Source: Octopus sinensis (lineage: Eukaryota). From it: 64,000 nt of DNA. The number at the start of each line of letters is the position of its first letter. The stretch's first letter is position 1. The position numbers and the translations under genes are program-made. This document shows, in pieces, positions 51,733 through 63,947 of this stretch. Below the pieces are notes generated by a model. That model did not search any database, was not told where the DNA came from, and saw only the letters and a list, made by a program, of their open reading frames with translations. The stretch is from the NCBI RefSeq assembly GCF_006345805.1, contig NC_043017.1, forward strand, positions 10,974,001 to 11,038,000, given 5' to 3'.

Positions 51733-51881
51733 ATCATCATCATCATCATCATCGTTTAACGTCCGCTTTCCATGCTAGCATGGGTTGGATGATTTTGACT
51801 GAGGGCTGGTGAACCAGATGGCTGCACCAGGCTCCCATCTTCATCTGGCAGAGTTTCTATAGCTGGATGCCCTTATATATA

Positions 51882-51914
<33 letters not shown>

Positions 51915-51920
<6 letters not shown>

Positions 51921-52413
51921 CAAATCAAAACAAATCAAAATAGATGAACATCAATGGAATTTGTATCTTTGTGGTACCAGTGCCGGTGGCACACAAGAAA
52001 ACCATCCGAACGTGGCTGTAGCCAGTACCGCATCGACTGGCCTCCATGCTGTGGGCACGTAACAAACACCATCCAATCATGGCCGTTCGCCAGCCTCATT
52101 TGGCACCTGTGTCTGTGGCACATAAAAACACCATCCGAGCGTGGCCGTCTGCCAGCCTCGTCTAGCACCTGTGTCGGTGACACATAAAAAAACACCATCC
52201 GAGCGTGGCCGTTCGCCAGCCTCATCTGGCACCTGTGTCGGTGGCACATAAAATCACCCACTACACTCTCGGAGTGGTTGGCGTTAGGAAGGGCATCCAG
52301 CTGTAGAAACACTGCCAGATCTGACTGGCCTGGTGCAGCCTTCGGGCTCCCCAGAGCCCAGTTGAACCGTCCAACCCATGCTAGCATAGAAAGCGGACGT
52401 TAAATGATGATGA

Positions 52414-52416
<3 letters not shown>
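51915..52416 (+). mobile_element. RTE 3'UTR fragment with internal tandem repeats
   Basis: Homologous to 1040-1471; ends ATGATGATGAT. Confidence 0.8.
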
Positions 52417-52496
<80 letters not shown>

Positions 52497-52706
52497 GTTA
52501 TGAAGCAAAATTTAAACAACGTAAAGAGCCATCAATAAAATTGAACGGCGCTAAACTTGGAAAAGTTCAATGGCAACAGTCCAATCCAGAATCAGAAAAC
52601 ACAGTCTTCAGCCAGGAAAGATAGATAAATAAATAAATAAATAAAATAACAACAAACCAAAATAACAAAATATACATTTCCAGCTCATTTGCCAAATGGT
52701 GATAGA

Positions 52707-52757
<51 letters not shown>

Positions 52758-53069
52758 TGTGTATGTACAGAGAGAGAGAGATTGACTTCAGTTTATCTGT
52801 TTGTCACTACCAGTTAATGAAGCGAACAATCACTGCTTCTGTGTTTTCTGCTGGGAATTTTAGGTGAAGATAATGTTTTTGTTTTTTGTTGATATTTTGC
52901 TTTCATGTGAAAACGCCAGATTTAATAGAACAGAGAAAATGAATCTAGTTAAAAACTGGACAATGAATACTAAATGTGAATTTGACAATGAATCTTTTTT
53001 TCATATGACAACAATTATTATTGTATTTATCCATCCATCCATCAATCAATCTCTCTCTGCTCACTATTT

Positions 53070-53255
53070 CTGAGAGTGTTGTTGGGGTTAGAGGCCTTGA
53101 GCACTTCTATGATGGGGTCCTATCAGAAGCAACCCTCATTACAATTTCCAGCTGGGTTCTCAAGTGTGACCAATGGAGACAATGGATACTATCCAACTGT
53201 TTGGTTCTGCCCCTGGGTCTCTTGCCGCTTGGCTAGGCTTGGAGAATTTATCTTG
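53070..53255 (-). mobile_element. RTE (Expander/Rex3-like) ORF C-terminal relic
   Basis: Reads PSGKRPRGRTKQLDSIHCLHWSHLRTQLEIVMRVASDR, with stops. Confidence 0.65.
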
Positions 53256-53298
53256 TAATTCTTCCCTGTGTCATTCTAATCACATTGTCAGTAATACC

Positions 53299-53720
53299 TA
53301 TTTCTTTACTACCCACAAGGGGCTAAACACAGGGAGGACAAACAAGGACAGACATAGGTATTAAGTCGATTACATCGACCCCAGTGCATAACTGGTACTT
53401 AATTTATCGACTCCGAAAGGATGAAAGGCAAAGTTGACCTCGGCGGAATTTGAACTCAGAACGTAGCGGCAGACAAGATACCTATTTCTTTACTACCCAC
53501 GAGGGGCTAAACACAGAAGAGACAAACAAGGACAGAAAAACGGATTAAGTCAATTATATCGACCCCAGGGCCTAACTGGTACTTACTTAATCGACCTCGA
53601 AAAGATGAAAGGCAAAGTTAACCTCAGTGGAATTTGAACTCAGAATGTAGCAGCAGACGAAAAATACTGCTAAGCATTTCGCCCGGCATGCTAACGTTTC
53701 TGCCAGTTCGCCGCCTTTTT
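53299..53720 (-). mobile_element. Family A SINE dimer with 17-bp TSD
   Basis: ACATTGTCAGTAATACC at 53282-53298 and 53721-53737. Confidence 0.9.
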
Positions 53721-54456
53721 ACATTGTCAGTAATACCGTTGCTGTGATCTCTCAATGTGTATTTAAAAGGAAAGAACAGATCAAAACGTTTTTTATGGTT
53801 TAGACAGAGAAATAAAGGCAGCACTAATAATTAGAACTTCTGAAGCTGGAGAAGATATGTGAAAGAGGCAAACGAAGCTGTCCTTGTTGGCTTCAGGAAG
53901 GGCATCTAGCCATAAAAAACAAAAGCATGTTAAAACAGACAACAGAGCTCAACACAGAACACCAGCTTGTAGGATGCTGCCAAACTGTCCAAGCCATTCT
54001 AGTCTGGACAATGGACATTAAATGAGGATGACGTCTTGAGGGTTAGTACTGTTGGAAGTGGTATAATAGCCACTTTTGATGAAAGGTCGACTTTGCCTTT
54101 CATCCTTTCTGGGTCGATACATTACGTACCAGTTCACACCCGGGGTCGATATAATCAACTTAATCCGTTTGCCTGTCCTTGTTTGTCCTCTCTGTGTCTA
54201 GCCCCTTGTAGGTAGTAAAGAAATAGGTAAAATAGCCAATCAAGTTATCTACAAATCAAGGGACCTAATTTAAATGTTTGCAACAGAGCAGGAATTAACT
54301 GAAGGAACCCTTAATTCTTAATGCCAACCTGCCCAAGACTACCCCTAGTTTCTATGATACAAACTTCCTGTTTTAAGGTAATCTAAATTAAAACCTTTGA
54401 GTAAACGTTTGTGTTAAGTTCCAAATACCAGCTTCTTAACAACCAAGTTACTTTAA

Positions 54457-54675
54457 CCCTTTAGTGTCCAGATTATTCTATCAAACATAATGCCTCTTGA
54501 TTCCCATTGATTTGAATTAATCATGCATTATCTCATATCTTCAAGATCTTGATGGTGTAATTACTTAATGTAGAATAACATTGTAGGGTAGGTGAGAGAG
54601 CCTGGATCTGGTCAGTTTGAACATAAAACAGATTAACTATTTTGGCCGGATATGGCCGCTTTAAATACTAAAGGG
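54457..54675 (+). mobile_element. piggyBac-like MITE
   Basis: TTAA|CCCTTTAG...CTAAAGGG|TTAA. Confidence 0.85.
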
Positions 54676-54860
54676 TTAATGAATTCTTTATCATTTTGAA
54701 AGTTAACTGAAACACAGGCAATATATTTCAACAGAAACAAAAGTGTTAAGTCCACCTGGTCCTAAACCAATGTGTGGCATTCATATGGCATTTTATTTCT
54801 ACATTTTTCACAAAGTGATTTAACCTTTTACCTTACTGTATGTCTTTTGAAACACACATA

Positions 54861-55120
54861 TATTTCTTTACTGCCCACAAGAGGCTAAAGATAGAGGGGA
54901 CAAACAAGGACAGACAAACGGATTAAGTCGATTACATCGACCCCAGTGCGAAACTGGTACTTTATTTAATCGACCCCGAAAGGATGAAAAGGTAAAGTCG
55001 ACCTCGGCGGAATTTGAACTCAGAACGTAATGACAGACGAAATACCGCTAACCATTTCGCCCGGTGTGCCAACGTTTCTGCCAGCTCGCTGCCTTTTTAC
55101 ATTGTTAGTAATACCTATTT
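54861..55120 (-). mobile_element. Family A SINE with 17-bp TSD and extra 5' sequence
   Basis: CTTTTGAAACACACATA at 54844-54860 and 55121-55137. Confidence 0.9.
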
Positions 55121-55641
55121 CTTTTGAAACACACATAAACTACTCTTAATTCATTCTAAAGTAATAAAGTGAAACACCTTTGTTATTAATCTGGTGTTTG
55201 GAACATAAATTTAACATGAAATTTTGATGAACGCTTTTGATTTAGATCTCTTGGAAACAGTGAATTTATATCCTAAAACCAGAGGTGGTCTCAGACAGTT
55301 TGGTATCAAAAGCGGAGGAACAAATTCACAAAATACAAAGATTGTTGTCATCGTCATGATCTTTGATTTGACGTCCACTTTTCAATGCTTGCATGGGTCA
55401 CATGGAATTCATCATGGCAGATATAATATAATATATATATATATATATAATCAATTAGTCCCCTCCTCAAAAATTTCGGGCCTTGTACCTATAATAGAAA
55501 GGATTATTATTATTTGATAGTGGCCAGGCTGTTGTCATGTACCTTGTTTGGACACATGTTTATACCATTTCTCGTTGGTTTTTCGGTTGTAGTGTTGACA
55601 TATTATCCAGTGGACATAACTACTTACTCGGTCATATCTGT

Positions 55642-55677
<36 letters not shown>

Positions 55678-56529
55678 CAACAGCTATGGTATCATCTGAG
55701 ATCAGTATATCAGCGTATTTTGCTTCTGTTTTCTATTTTGTTGTTTTTTCGTGTATAGAGACCCCCCCACCACGTTTGCTTTTTTTCCTGTTACTTTAGT
55801 ACCTGTTATTATAGACAATAAAGTGTTCTACTTTTCGTTTCTTAGTATTTTTCTAACTGTTGTTATTTTATAGTAGTTCTTTATCTGTGTTAGGTTGCGA
55901 CCTCCTTCAAAGTGGGGGTAGATATATTTATCTGTGTTGTTCTGGGGGTAGTGACTTCATATTCTGTCGTTAGTTTCCTAACAAGATTGTGAACATGGTG
56001 GGACAAAACGTCACATAGCATTTCGTGTATCTATCTTGATTTTCTGAGTTCAAATTCTGTCAAGGTTGACTTAGCCTTTCATCCTTTCAGCATTGATGAC
56101 TAGCCCCTCACCACCACCAAATTTCAGGCCCACTGCCCCTTATAATAAAAACAACAACAACTGCCACCACCAGCACCATCACCACCACCACCACCACCAC
56201 TGTGATCCTCCTCAACATTATCTTAAGATGTGTGAAGCCTTTTCCTGTCCAGATAAAACATTGGAGCTTCACAATCAAAGTGTTAAACAGCAAAAAAACT
56301 AAGACAAATGATTGTTACAAAATAAACATCAAACATGTATTAAAGTGTGGAGGGAGATACCACTGGTGTCATAAAGTAGTAGTAGTAGTATTAGTAGTAG
56401 CAGCAGTAGTAGTAGTAGTAGTAGTAACAACGGTGGTGAAGGTTACAATTTAATGACTTGAAGGAATTTTATTCAAAGGAAGAATAAACATAAATCTGTT
56501 TGTCTGACCTAGATGTAGCCCAGGAAGCT

Positions 56530-57085
56530 CTGTGTGTGTGGTGTGTGTGTGTGTGTGTGTGTTGTGTGTGTGTGTGTGTGTGTATGCACATATGGACATC
56601 TATATGCATGTATTTATGTACAAGGTGTGGATGCATGCACATATGTATGAAAGATTGCTCACACACACACACACACACGTATCTCTAAAAGTATGTATGA
56701 ATATATATATATATATGTTTATATATATATATATATATATACACATACATATATACATACATACATACATATACATACATATATACATACATACATACAT
56801 ATACATACATATATACATACACAAAAATACATACACACATACATACACACACATATATACATACACACATACACATACACACATACACACACACATATAC
56901 ATACACACACACATACACACACACACATACACATACACACACATACATACACACACATACATACACACACACACACACACATATACATACACACACACAC
57001 ACATACATACACACACACACACACATACATACACACACACACACACAAACACATATATATATATATAAATAAACATATATAAATA
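56530..57085. repeat. Compound (TG)/(CA)/(TA)/(CATA) microsatellite
   Basis: Direct inspection; similar blocks at 27070-27440 and 17525-17740. Confidence 0.95.
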
Positions 57086-58823
57086 CAGCAAATCCCTTTA
57101 TTATTCTGAACCATAAAAATAAACTTTTTCTCACAAATCTATGTTATTGTTTTTTTCCTAAATAGTTTTCCATTTTCTTTTCTTCTTTCTGTGTGGTTGT
57201 TTATTACTTGTCTGGCCAGGGTGGGGAAAGGGTAGAGACAAAAATGTGAAGAAAACCCTATAGTCATTGTCATCATCATTGTGACATCCATTTTTTTGTT
57301 CCAAGATTGCATAGATTGGACACAGTTTGTTGAGGCAGATTTTTTACAAGCGGATGCCCTTCCTGTCACCAATCCTTAACTGCTCCCAATTAAGGTAATA
57401 TTTCCCCCACGAACAGACATGATTTTTCAAGGGAAGGCTAGAAGAAAACACAATATTGCTTGTATGATGGTGATGGTTAGTCACAACCATTACGTGATGT
57501 GGGGACAAGGGCACCATCCACACACACACACACACACCGTTTCTTAATTCTTAGGACATAAACAACATACAATTCTTGTTAATAGAAAATAAAGATTCTA
57601 AAATGGGGAGAAAAATTTGAAGGATTGCTTTAGTCCAATGGTAGGACACCTGTCATGTTTATAGAAGATGTGGGTTCAAGTCCCAGGAACAACCTTTGGC
57701 TCTGGTGTCTAAATGGTTCTTAACCCAGTATTTATATACTATTATTTATAGCCTCATCTACTCTGAGATTCACCATTCCTAAAAATAATTACACACACAC
57801 ATCATCATTGTTTAATGTCCACCTTCCATGCTGGCATGGGTTGGATGGTTTGACAGGAGCTGGCCAGGCAGGAGCCTGCACTGGACTTCTGCACCTGTTT
57901 TGGCATAGTTTTTACAGCCAGGTGCCCTTCCTAACACCAACCACCCTGTAGAGTGGACAGAGTGATTTTGATATGGCCCAGGTGAGGTCAGTTTTGGCAT
58001 GATTTTTACAGCTGGATGCCCTTCCAAACGCCAAGCACTTTACAGTGTGGACTGAATGCTTTTTGTGTGGAATATGTCCATTACATTGTAAGCATTTTGA
58101 GCAAGTCTTCAAATCCATTCACAAGGCATTGGTCAGTCTGAGGTTGTAGTAGAAGACACTTTCCCAAGGTGCCATGCAATGGGATTGAACCCAAAACCAT
58201 GTGGTTACAAAGTGAGCTTCTTAACCACACAACCATGCCCACACCTAAAATAAAAAAAAAAATCCCAAATACATAATGATGAAATATGAAAAAAAATCTA
58301 CCTGGAACGTTTTGGATCACAGCCTCTGGTCAGTCATGGTTGACCTTGGGTCAAAGAACACCGGCAAGAGATAAGTATAAAAGTAAAATTACTCATAAGC
58401 TGGATTACAATAATCTATTTTAGTGATTGATTGATTGTTGTTGTTGTTATACAACCCCAGGCCAGTCCTGATTGAGCTGATATACTGTGTTCCAACCATG
58501 ATCCACCTGTCTTTTGTTGTCCTTTATCGAAAGTCTGTCTAAGGCAACATTATTTAATATGTCTTTTAAGGGGGTAGGATGTGATTTGAGGGAAATTTAG
58601 TTGTTAAGGTAGAAGGGAAAAGAAAGGTAGAGAGGAAGAAAGAAAGAGAGGGGAGGTAAAAAAAAGGAAGAGAGAAAGACAGAGAAAAAGAGGTGAAAGA
58701 AAGACAGGAAGAAAAAAGGAAAAGGAAGAAAGAAAAAGAAAATAAACAGAAAAAAAGGAAGAAAATGAAAGAAAGACAAAAAAAGGCAGAATGAAAAAAG
58801 AAAAACAACATGAGAGTACATAC

Positions 58824-59051
58824 CCTTCAGCAAGAACAACACATCGTCTGCCCTTTTCCAAAGGAACTTTAAACATCTTCTTTTCCAACATGGTTTCAGA
58901 CTTACAGTTATTGGTTTGGTAAGGAATGCTGTTAGGGTTGCCTTTGTGCCAAGATGGCACAAGACCCCACCTCATCGGCTGGATTACACGCTTGGATTTA
59001 ATTTCTGCTTCAGCCGTGTCTTGGAAATGTTGACTGGAAATCATGACTGGT
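58824..59051 (-). CDS. HMCES: HMCES (SRAP domain) coding exon, first one within the window
   Basis: Encodes PVMISSQHF...MRWGLVPSWHK...NNCKSETMLEKKMFKVPLEKGRRCVVLAEG, matching the SRAP motifs MRWGLVPSW and RRCVVLADG. Acceptor ttacag at 59052-59053, donor gtatg at 58823. 228 nt, ends in phase 2. Confidence 0.96.
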
Positions 59052-59364
59052 CTGTAAGTAAACACAAAATCATCATCATCATCATCATTTAGCGTCCGTT
59101 CTCCATGCTAGCATGGGTTGGATGGTTCAACTGGGGTCTGTGAAGCTGGAAGGCTTCATCAGGCCCAGTCAGATCTGGCAGTGTTTCTACGGCTGGATGC
59201 CCTTCCTAATGCCAACCACTCCTTGAGTGTAGTGGGTGCTTTTTACGCGCCACCCACACAAGTGCCAGACAGAGCTGGCAAACGGCCACGGACGGATGGT
59301 GCTTAAATAATAAAGTTCTTACATTGGAACATTAATGTGTAGGGTGGAGGGATATTGTCATAGT

Positions 59365-59600
59365 GGAGGCACATGGCTTAGTGGTTGGGGTGTCAGCATC
59401 ATGACCGTAAGGTTGTGGTTTCGATTCCTGGACCGGCGATGCATTGTGTTCTTGAGCAAAACACTTCATTTCACGTTGCTCCAGTCCACTCAGCTGGCTA
59501 AAATGAGTAACGCTGCGATGGACTGGCGTCCCGTCCAGCTGGGGAACACGTATGCCATTGAAACTGGGAAACTGGGCCCATGAGCCTGGCTAGGCTTTAG
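59365..59600 (+). mobile_element. tRNA-derived SINE (family D-related head)
   Basis: GGAGGCACATGGCTTAGTGGTT...GGTTTCGATTCC. GGAGGGATATTGTCAT appears on both flanks as a TSD. Confidence 0.8.
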
Positions 59601-60043
59601 AAAAAAGGAGGGATATTGTCATCACAATAATTTAAGGTCCACTTCCTCAGTGTTTATGAATGGGTTAAACGGGAATTTAATGAGGCAGATTTTCTATGTC
59701 TGGACGGCCTTCCTGTCACCAACCCCCACCTGTTTCCAAGCAAGGTAATATTTCCCTCATAGCTAGACACATATAGAATGGTAACTATATTTTTGAAAAT
59801 AATTTAAGCAGTAAGCTTAGCTGATGAGCTTTCAGTGTCAATTCGGCACAGAAAGCAAAATCCATTGATACTGGGATATTTACTCTTCTCTTTGTAGTTT
59901 TACAAATAGGGATGACCATTTATCTAAATGTATTTCTACATTCTCTGTGTGCGTTTACATATAGTGAGAGACACGTGGCTTTGGAGTCTTAACTCTTCTT
60001 TCTAGCAAACAGGTACACTTTGTACCCTGACTTTTAATATATA

Positions 60044-60389
60044 CTAGCACTATGACCCGACAACGCCAGGTCATAGTGCAAATGCATGCACACATACATG
60101 CGAGTACTGTCCAAATCTCTGACCAATCACATACAGCTAGCTGGCATTCAATTGGCGTATCAAGTTTCGGGCATTTTGATTGGGTTTTGGATAGAAAATT
60201 CACAAAAGAGTCACTTCTATTGATTTTATAATGGCTTTGCGGGGTGACTGGGGAAATGTAAAGATGTGCACGGCCACTCTTGGATAGTTTTGAATGACCA
60301 TAGAAAGTGCGAGCTCTCTAACTGAAAAATTGTGGATTTGTATAAAGGACACACACAGACAGACATTTTGCCGTTTATATATATAGAGA
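60044..60389 (-). mobile_element. Non-autonomous Helitron-like element
   Basis: Minus strand A|TCTCTATATATATAAA start, 11-bp-stem hairpin GCACTATGACC/GGTCATAGTGC, CTAG|T end. Confidence 0.8.
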
Positions 60390-60711
60390 TTTTGCCTGTT
60401 TGGTTATGTTTGCTGGCCACTTTATCATTATGTATATCAAAAGGATGTGTTATAATACTATTTCACAAATACAAAAACATCCATACCAACAATCCAACAT
60501 ACCCCCATCATCAGCTGCCACATGGATATCATTATGGTTTCGACACATTTAGTGATATATAAGACATACTTTTTCTCATTAGAAGTGTTACAAAAAGATC
60601 ATCCTAGGTTCTATATGCAAAGCTGGATCCTATATTACATGTTTTAAGCATTAAAAACATTGGGTTGTATCTAATATGCCAGTGTGCCATTTATAGCCGC
60701 AAAAATGGTGC

Positions 60712-60744
<33 letters not shown>

Positions 60745-61125
60745 AAGCAAGATTAATAAATAGCTTATTCTCTGAGTAGCAACAAACAGCCCATTCAATT
60801 ATTATTAGTTGTTGCTTACTGAGGAGTTTACCGAGAATTTGGGAGAGAGAGAGAGAGAGGGAGAGGAAATTTATACAAGAAACTAGTTACTTGTTTTAAA
60901 GGTTGGTATTATTATAGACACTAAATTTATCAAAAGTAAACCCACTATCTATACGATGCATGGGTAATAAATATGCTCTTGTTCTCCACACTAGGTGCTG
61001 GCCGAAGCAATTTGAAATATCCACCAAAAAACAAACTGCTTTTTGTCAGGATTTTGTGGCTGGTATAAAGCAGAGGCTTTCAACAGGTTCTAAATATCTG
61101 TCTATTGGAATGTGTGTGTGTCAAG

Positions 61126-61158
<33 letters not shown>

Positions 61159-61712
61159 TTTTATACACACATACACACACAATATAGATAATAAAGTGGG
61201 ACATTCTCGTGACATATGCGCTCTTACTCTCATATATATATCCACATACACAAATACATACACTGACATATATTAACATATATGTGAGTGTGTGTGTGTA
61301 TATATATCTCTATATATAAATATATATATATATGCATATAAGCATGCGCGCACACACACATTTATATGTGTACAAGTGCATGTATGTATATCTATGCATT
61401 TATGCATGCTAGTGTACACACACTACACAGAGTCAAAGGTGATCAACAGATGCAGAAAAATGATCTCTCCACTCCTAGGTAATGCCTGTCTACTATGTGT
61501 CTGTAACATACATATACACATTGCATATAAATGCAATTTAGACTACAAATGGTGGATTCTTATTCATTCATATTTAAGAACCTGTTTCTGCACACAAGCC
61601 CATATATATATATATATATATAGTTAATCCAAACAAGAAAGCACAAAAAAACACAACAACACGAGGACGTGGAACAAATATAGTATTATTGGATGCTCAG
61701 GAAAGAAGGAGG

Positions 61713-61747
61713 GTTTAACGTTTCGAGCGGAGCTCTTCGTCGGAAAC
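61713..61747 (-). ncRNA. Minimal type I hammerhead-like motif in a probable Penelope-like fragment (about 61620-61825)
   Basis: GUUU-CCGACGA-A-GAGC(UCC)GCUC-GAAAC-GUU-AAAC. The core has C at position 4 instead of U. Confidence 0.5.
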
Positions 61748-61825
61748 ATAGGAGAAGGAAAGATCCAGAGAAGGGAAGACAGAGGAAAAAAAAATCGCCA
61801 ACAGTACACATGCGGTCACATTTTG

Positions 61826-62192
61826 AAAGCTGAAGTTGTCTGTGTGTGGCAGGTTTGGTAGCCTTCTCCTCCAAGACCCTGCGGCGCAAGTTGACCAAAA
61901 TTGAGAGTATGATAGAAGAAGGCTTGCTCTTCCTTCCGTAGAAGAAAAAATTCAAATCGGACCATGTTAACACCAAAAATTATCTACATCAAAAAGGTGC
62001 TTTTTTCTCTGAAAATTCCTACTTTTTACGATTTTTTTACTGTTGTGTTGCCAATTTTTCGGTGTATTTCAACCAGAAAAATGTTCACTTAAAGAGAATA
62101 ACAAGCTACATAATACAAAATTTTTACTTTTCAAAAATTCCAATTCTAAAGAAAAGAAAACAAGCCTGAGCAACGCTGGGCTATACTGCTAG
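61826..62192 (+). mobile_element. Helitron-like element, second copy, 5'-truncated
   Basis: Homologous to 24300-24692; ends CTGCTAG|T. Confidence 0.8.
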
Positions 62193-62741
62193 TATATACA
62201 TATATATATATATATATATTTATGAGTAACAAAGAGAGACAGGTGTCAAGTCATGACAGCCATTTCTAATGACTCCTTTAATTGATTAATGAGAACATTA
62301 CATCATTGCAAAGAAACCCTTTTTGTCAGTTGAATTTACACCTAACTACACACAGAATATGAGAACAAACTGCCTTGATTTTTACTTATAAATCTTTATT
62401 CCCAAACTTTTGACTTGGAATTTTTACTCAGAGGTTAAAAAAATTATGATGGATCTAAACTTAGAGGACCAAACTGAACCCGTGAAGCCAAGCAACTCTT
62501 TAGCCTGGGGTGTATAATAGAAGACATTTGCCCAATGTGCCTAACAGTAGAACTGAACCCAAAACCACAGGTTCGAGAAACCAACCTCTTAACCACACAG
62601 CCACTCCCATGAAATCAACCAAACCAATAACAACTTCCAATTCAATTTAGCAGTGATGTTGGATAAGGTTTTCCAGCTCAATAGACTGAAGTTAATCAAT
62701 AACAAAAACTATGTTTAATGGACAGTTTTATTTAATGTTTG

Positions 62742-62778
<37 letters not shown>

Positions 62779-63368
62779 CATTATCAGGTGAATCTATTAT
62801 CCTGTAGCTAAATAAGGTGATTGGTACTCTAAGTCAGGTGTATGTATACCTGGAAATTTGAACTACATATTTTCTTTTTACTTGTTCCAGTCACTGGACT
62901 GTGGCCATGCTGGGGCACCTCCTTGAAAGGATTTTCATTGAACAACCCTTCATCCGTACATTTGTTTCATATAAGCTTGATATTTATTCTATCCATCTCT
63001 TTTTGCTGAACTGCCAAATTACAGGGACATAAACAAACCAACAACGGTTGTCAGGTGATGGTAGAGGTCCAATACAAAATCACACACATAGACATTCTTT
63101 TATGTGTTTCAGCGCAACATCTGTGGCCATGCTGTGATACCACCAGTGTTAGCATCTTTTCACTGGCCCTTCTTTTGTGATTGGCTTTTTTGAAATTGCT
63201 GACCCTTTTTTGAAATTCTTGCTATGTTATCAGTTTCTCTGGGACCATGGATGGCAGAGGGTCAAGCTGTTTCTTGGAAACCTCTACCCCTACACACAAA
63301 CACACACACACCTGTAAAAGTAAAAGAAAGAATACTACAAACATCATGAAACATGTAAAATATATAAT

Positions 63369-63947
63369 ATTTCAAGGTCTGATCAAAATGTATCAGGATG
63401 GTTGCCATGGTAACAGATCTAAAGTACACAGAGTGAAGTCAGATGGCACAGATTGACCTTGAACTTTGTCAAGCACGGACACTATGCTGTAACATTCTCG
63501 CTTGTGTAGTTTACATCACAGTGCTTCGAAGTAAAGCAAGAAGAGCGTGGTTGCCTTAAAAAAGAAGATCAGGTTTCAGCTGCACAGGATCTCCTTGTGT
63601 TGAGAAGATGTTAACCTTTTTGAAACATAGCCATAGCAGGTAATGAATCAGAGGTCTATGGCTATGATCCCAAAATCAAGACTCAGTCTTCTCAGTGGAA
63701 GACCCCAACAAGATTTCAAGATTTCAAAGAAACCCAAGAGAATGCAACAAGGCAGCTGCTTGCTATTCCAGAAAAAAAAAAGGGGCTCCAGGGATGCTTC
63801 CATCAATGGAAACGATGCTGGACAGGGTATCTGTGGTTTCAGAAGGGGATTCGTTCAAAGGAGATTGAATGCCGAATTGATACATGTCGTATAGTTTTCT
63901 TTATATAACATCAGTCCCCTGATATTTTTTTTTATCGGACATCATAA
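63369..63947 (+). mobile_element. Internally deleted mariner transposon relic
   Basis: AGNESEVYGYDPKIKTQSSQWK resembles mariner TGDESWVYGYDPETKxQSSQW; CFHQWKRCW...SEGDSFKGD* resembles the C-terminal EGDYFEGD. Degenerate TIRs at both ends. Confidence 0.8.

Noticed and set aside
56532-57134. His/Thr- and Cys/Val-rich ORFs
   Set aside because: Translation of dinucleotide microsatellites; the same applies at 15.7, 17.5 and 27.2 kb.
58604-58823. Hydrophobic Phe-rich extension of the HMCES ORF suggesting a membrane anchor
   Set aside because: It is read-through past the GT donor into a pyrimidine-rich intron.
63643-63894. 83-aa ORF as a host gene
   Set aside because: An off-frame reading of the frameshifted mariner transposase relic.
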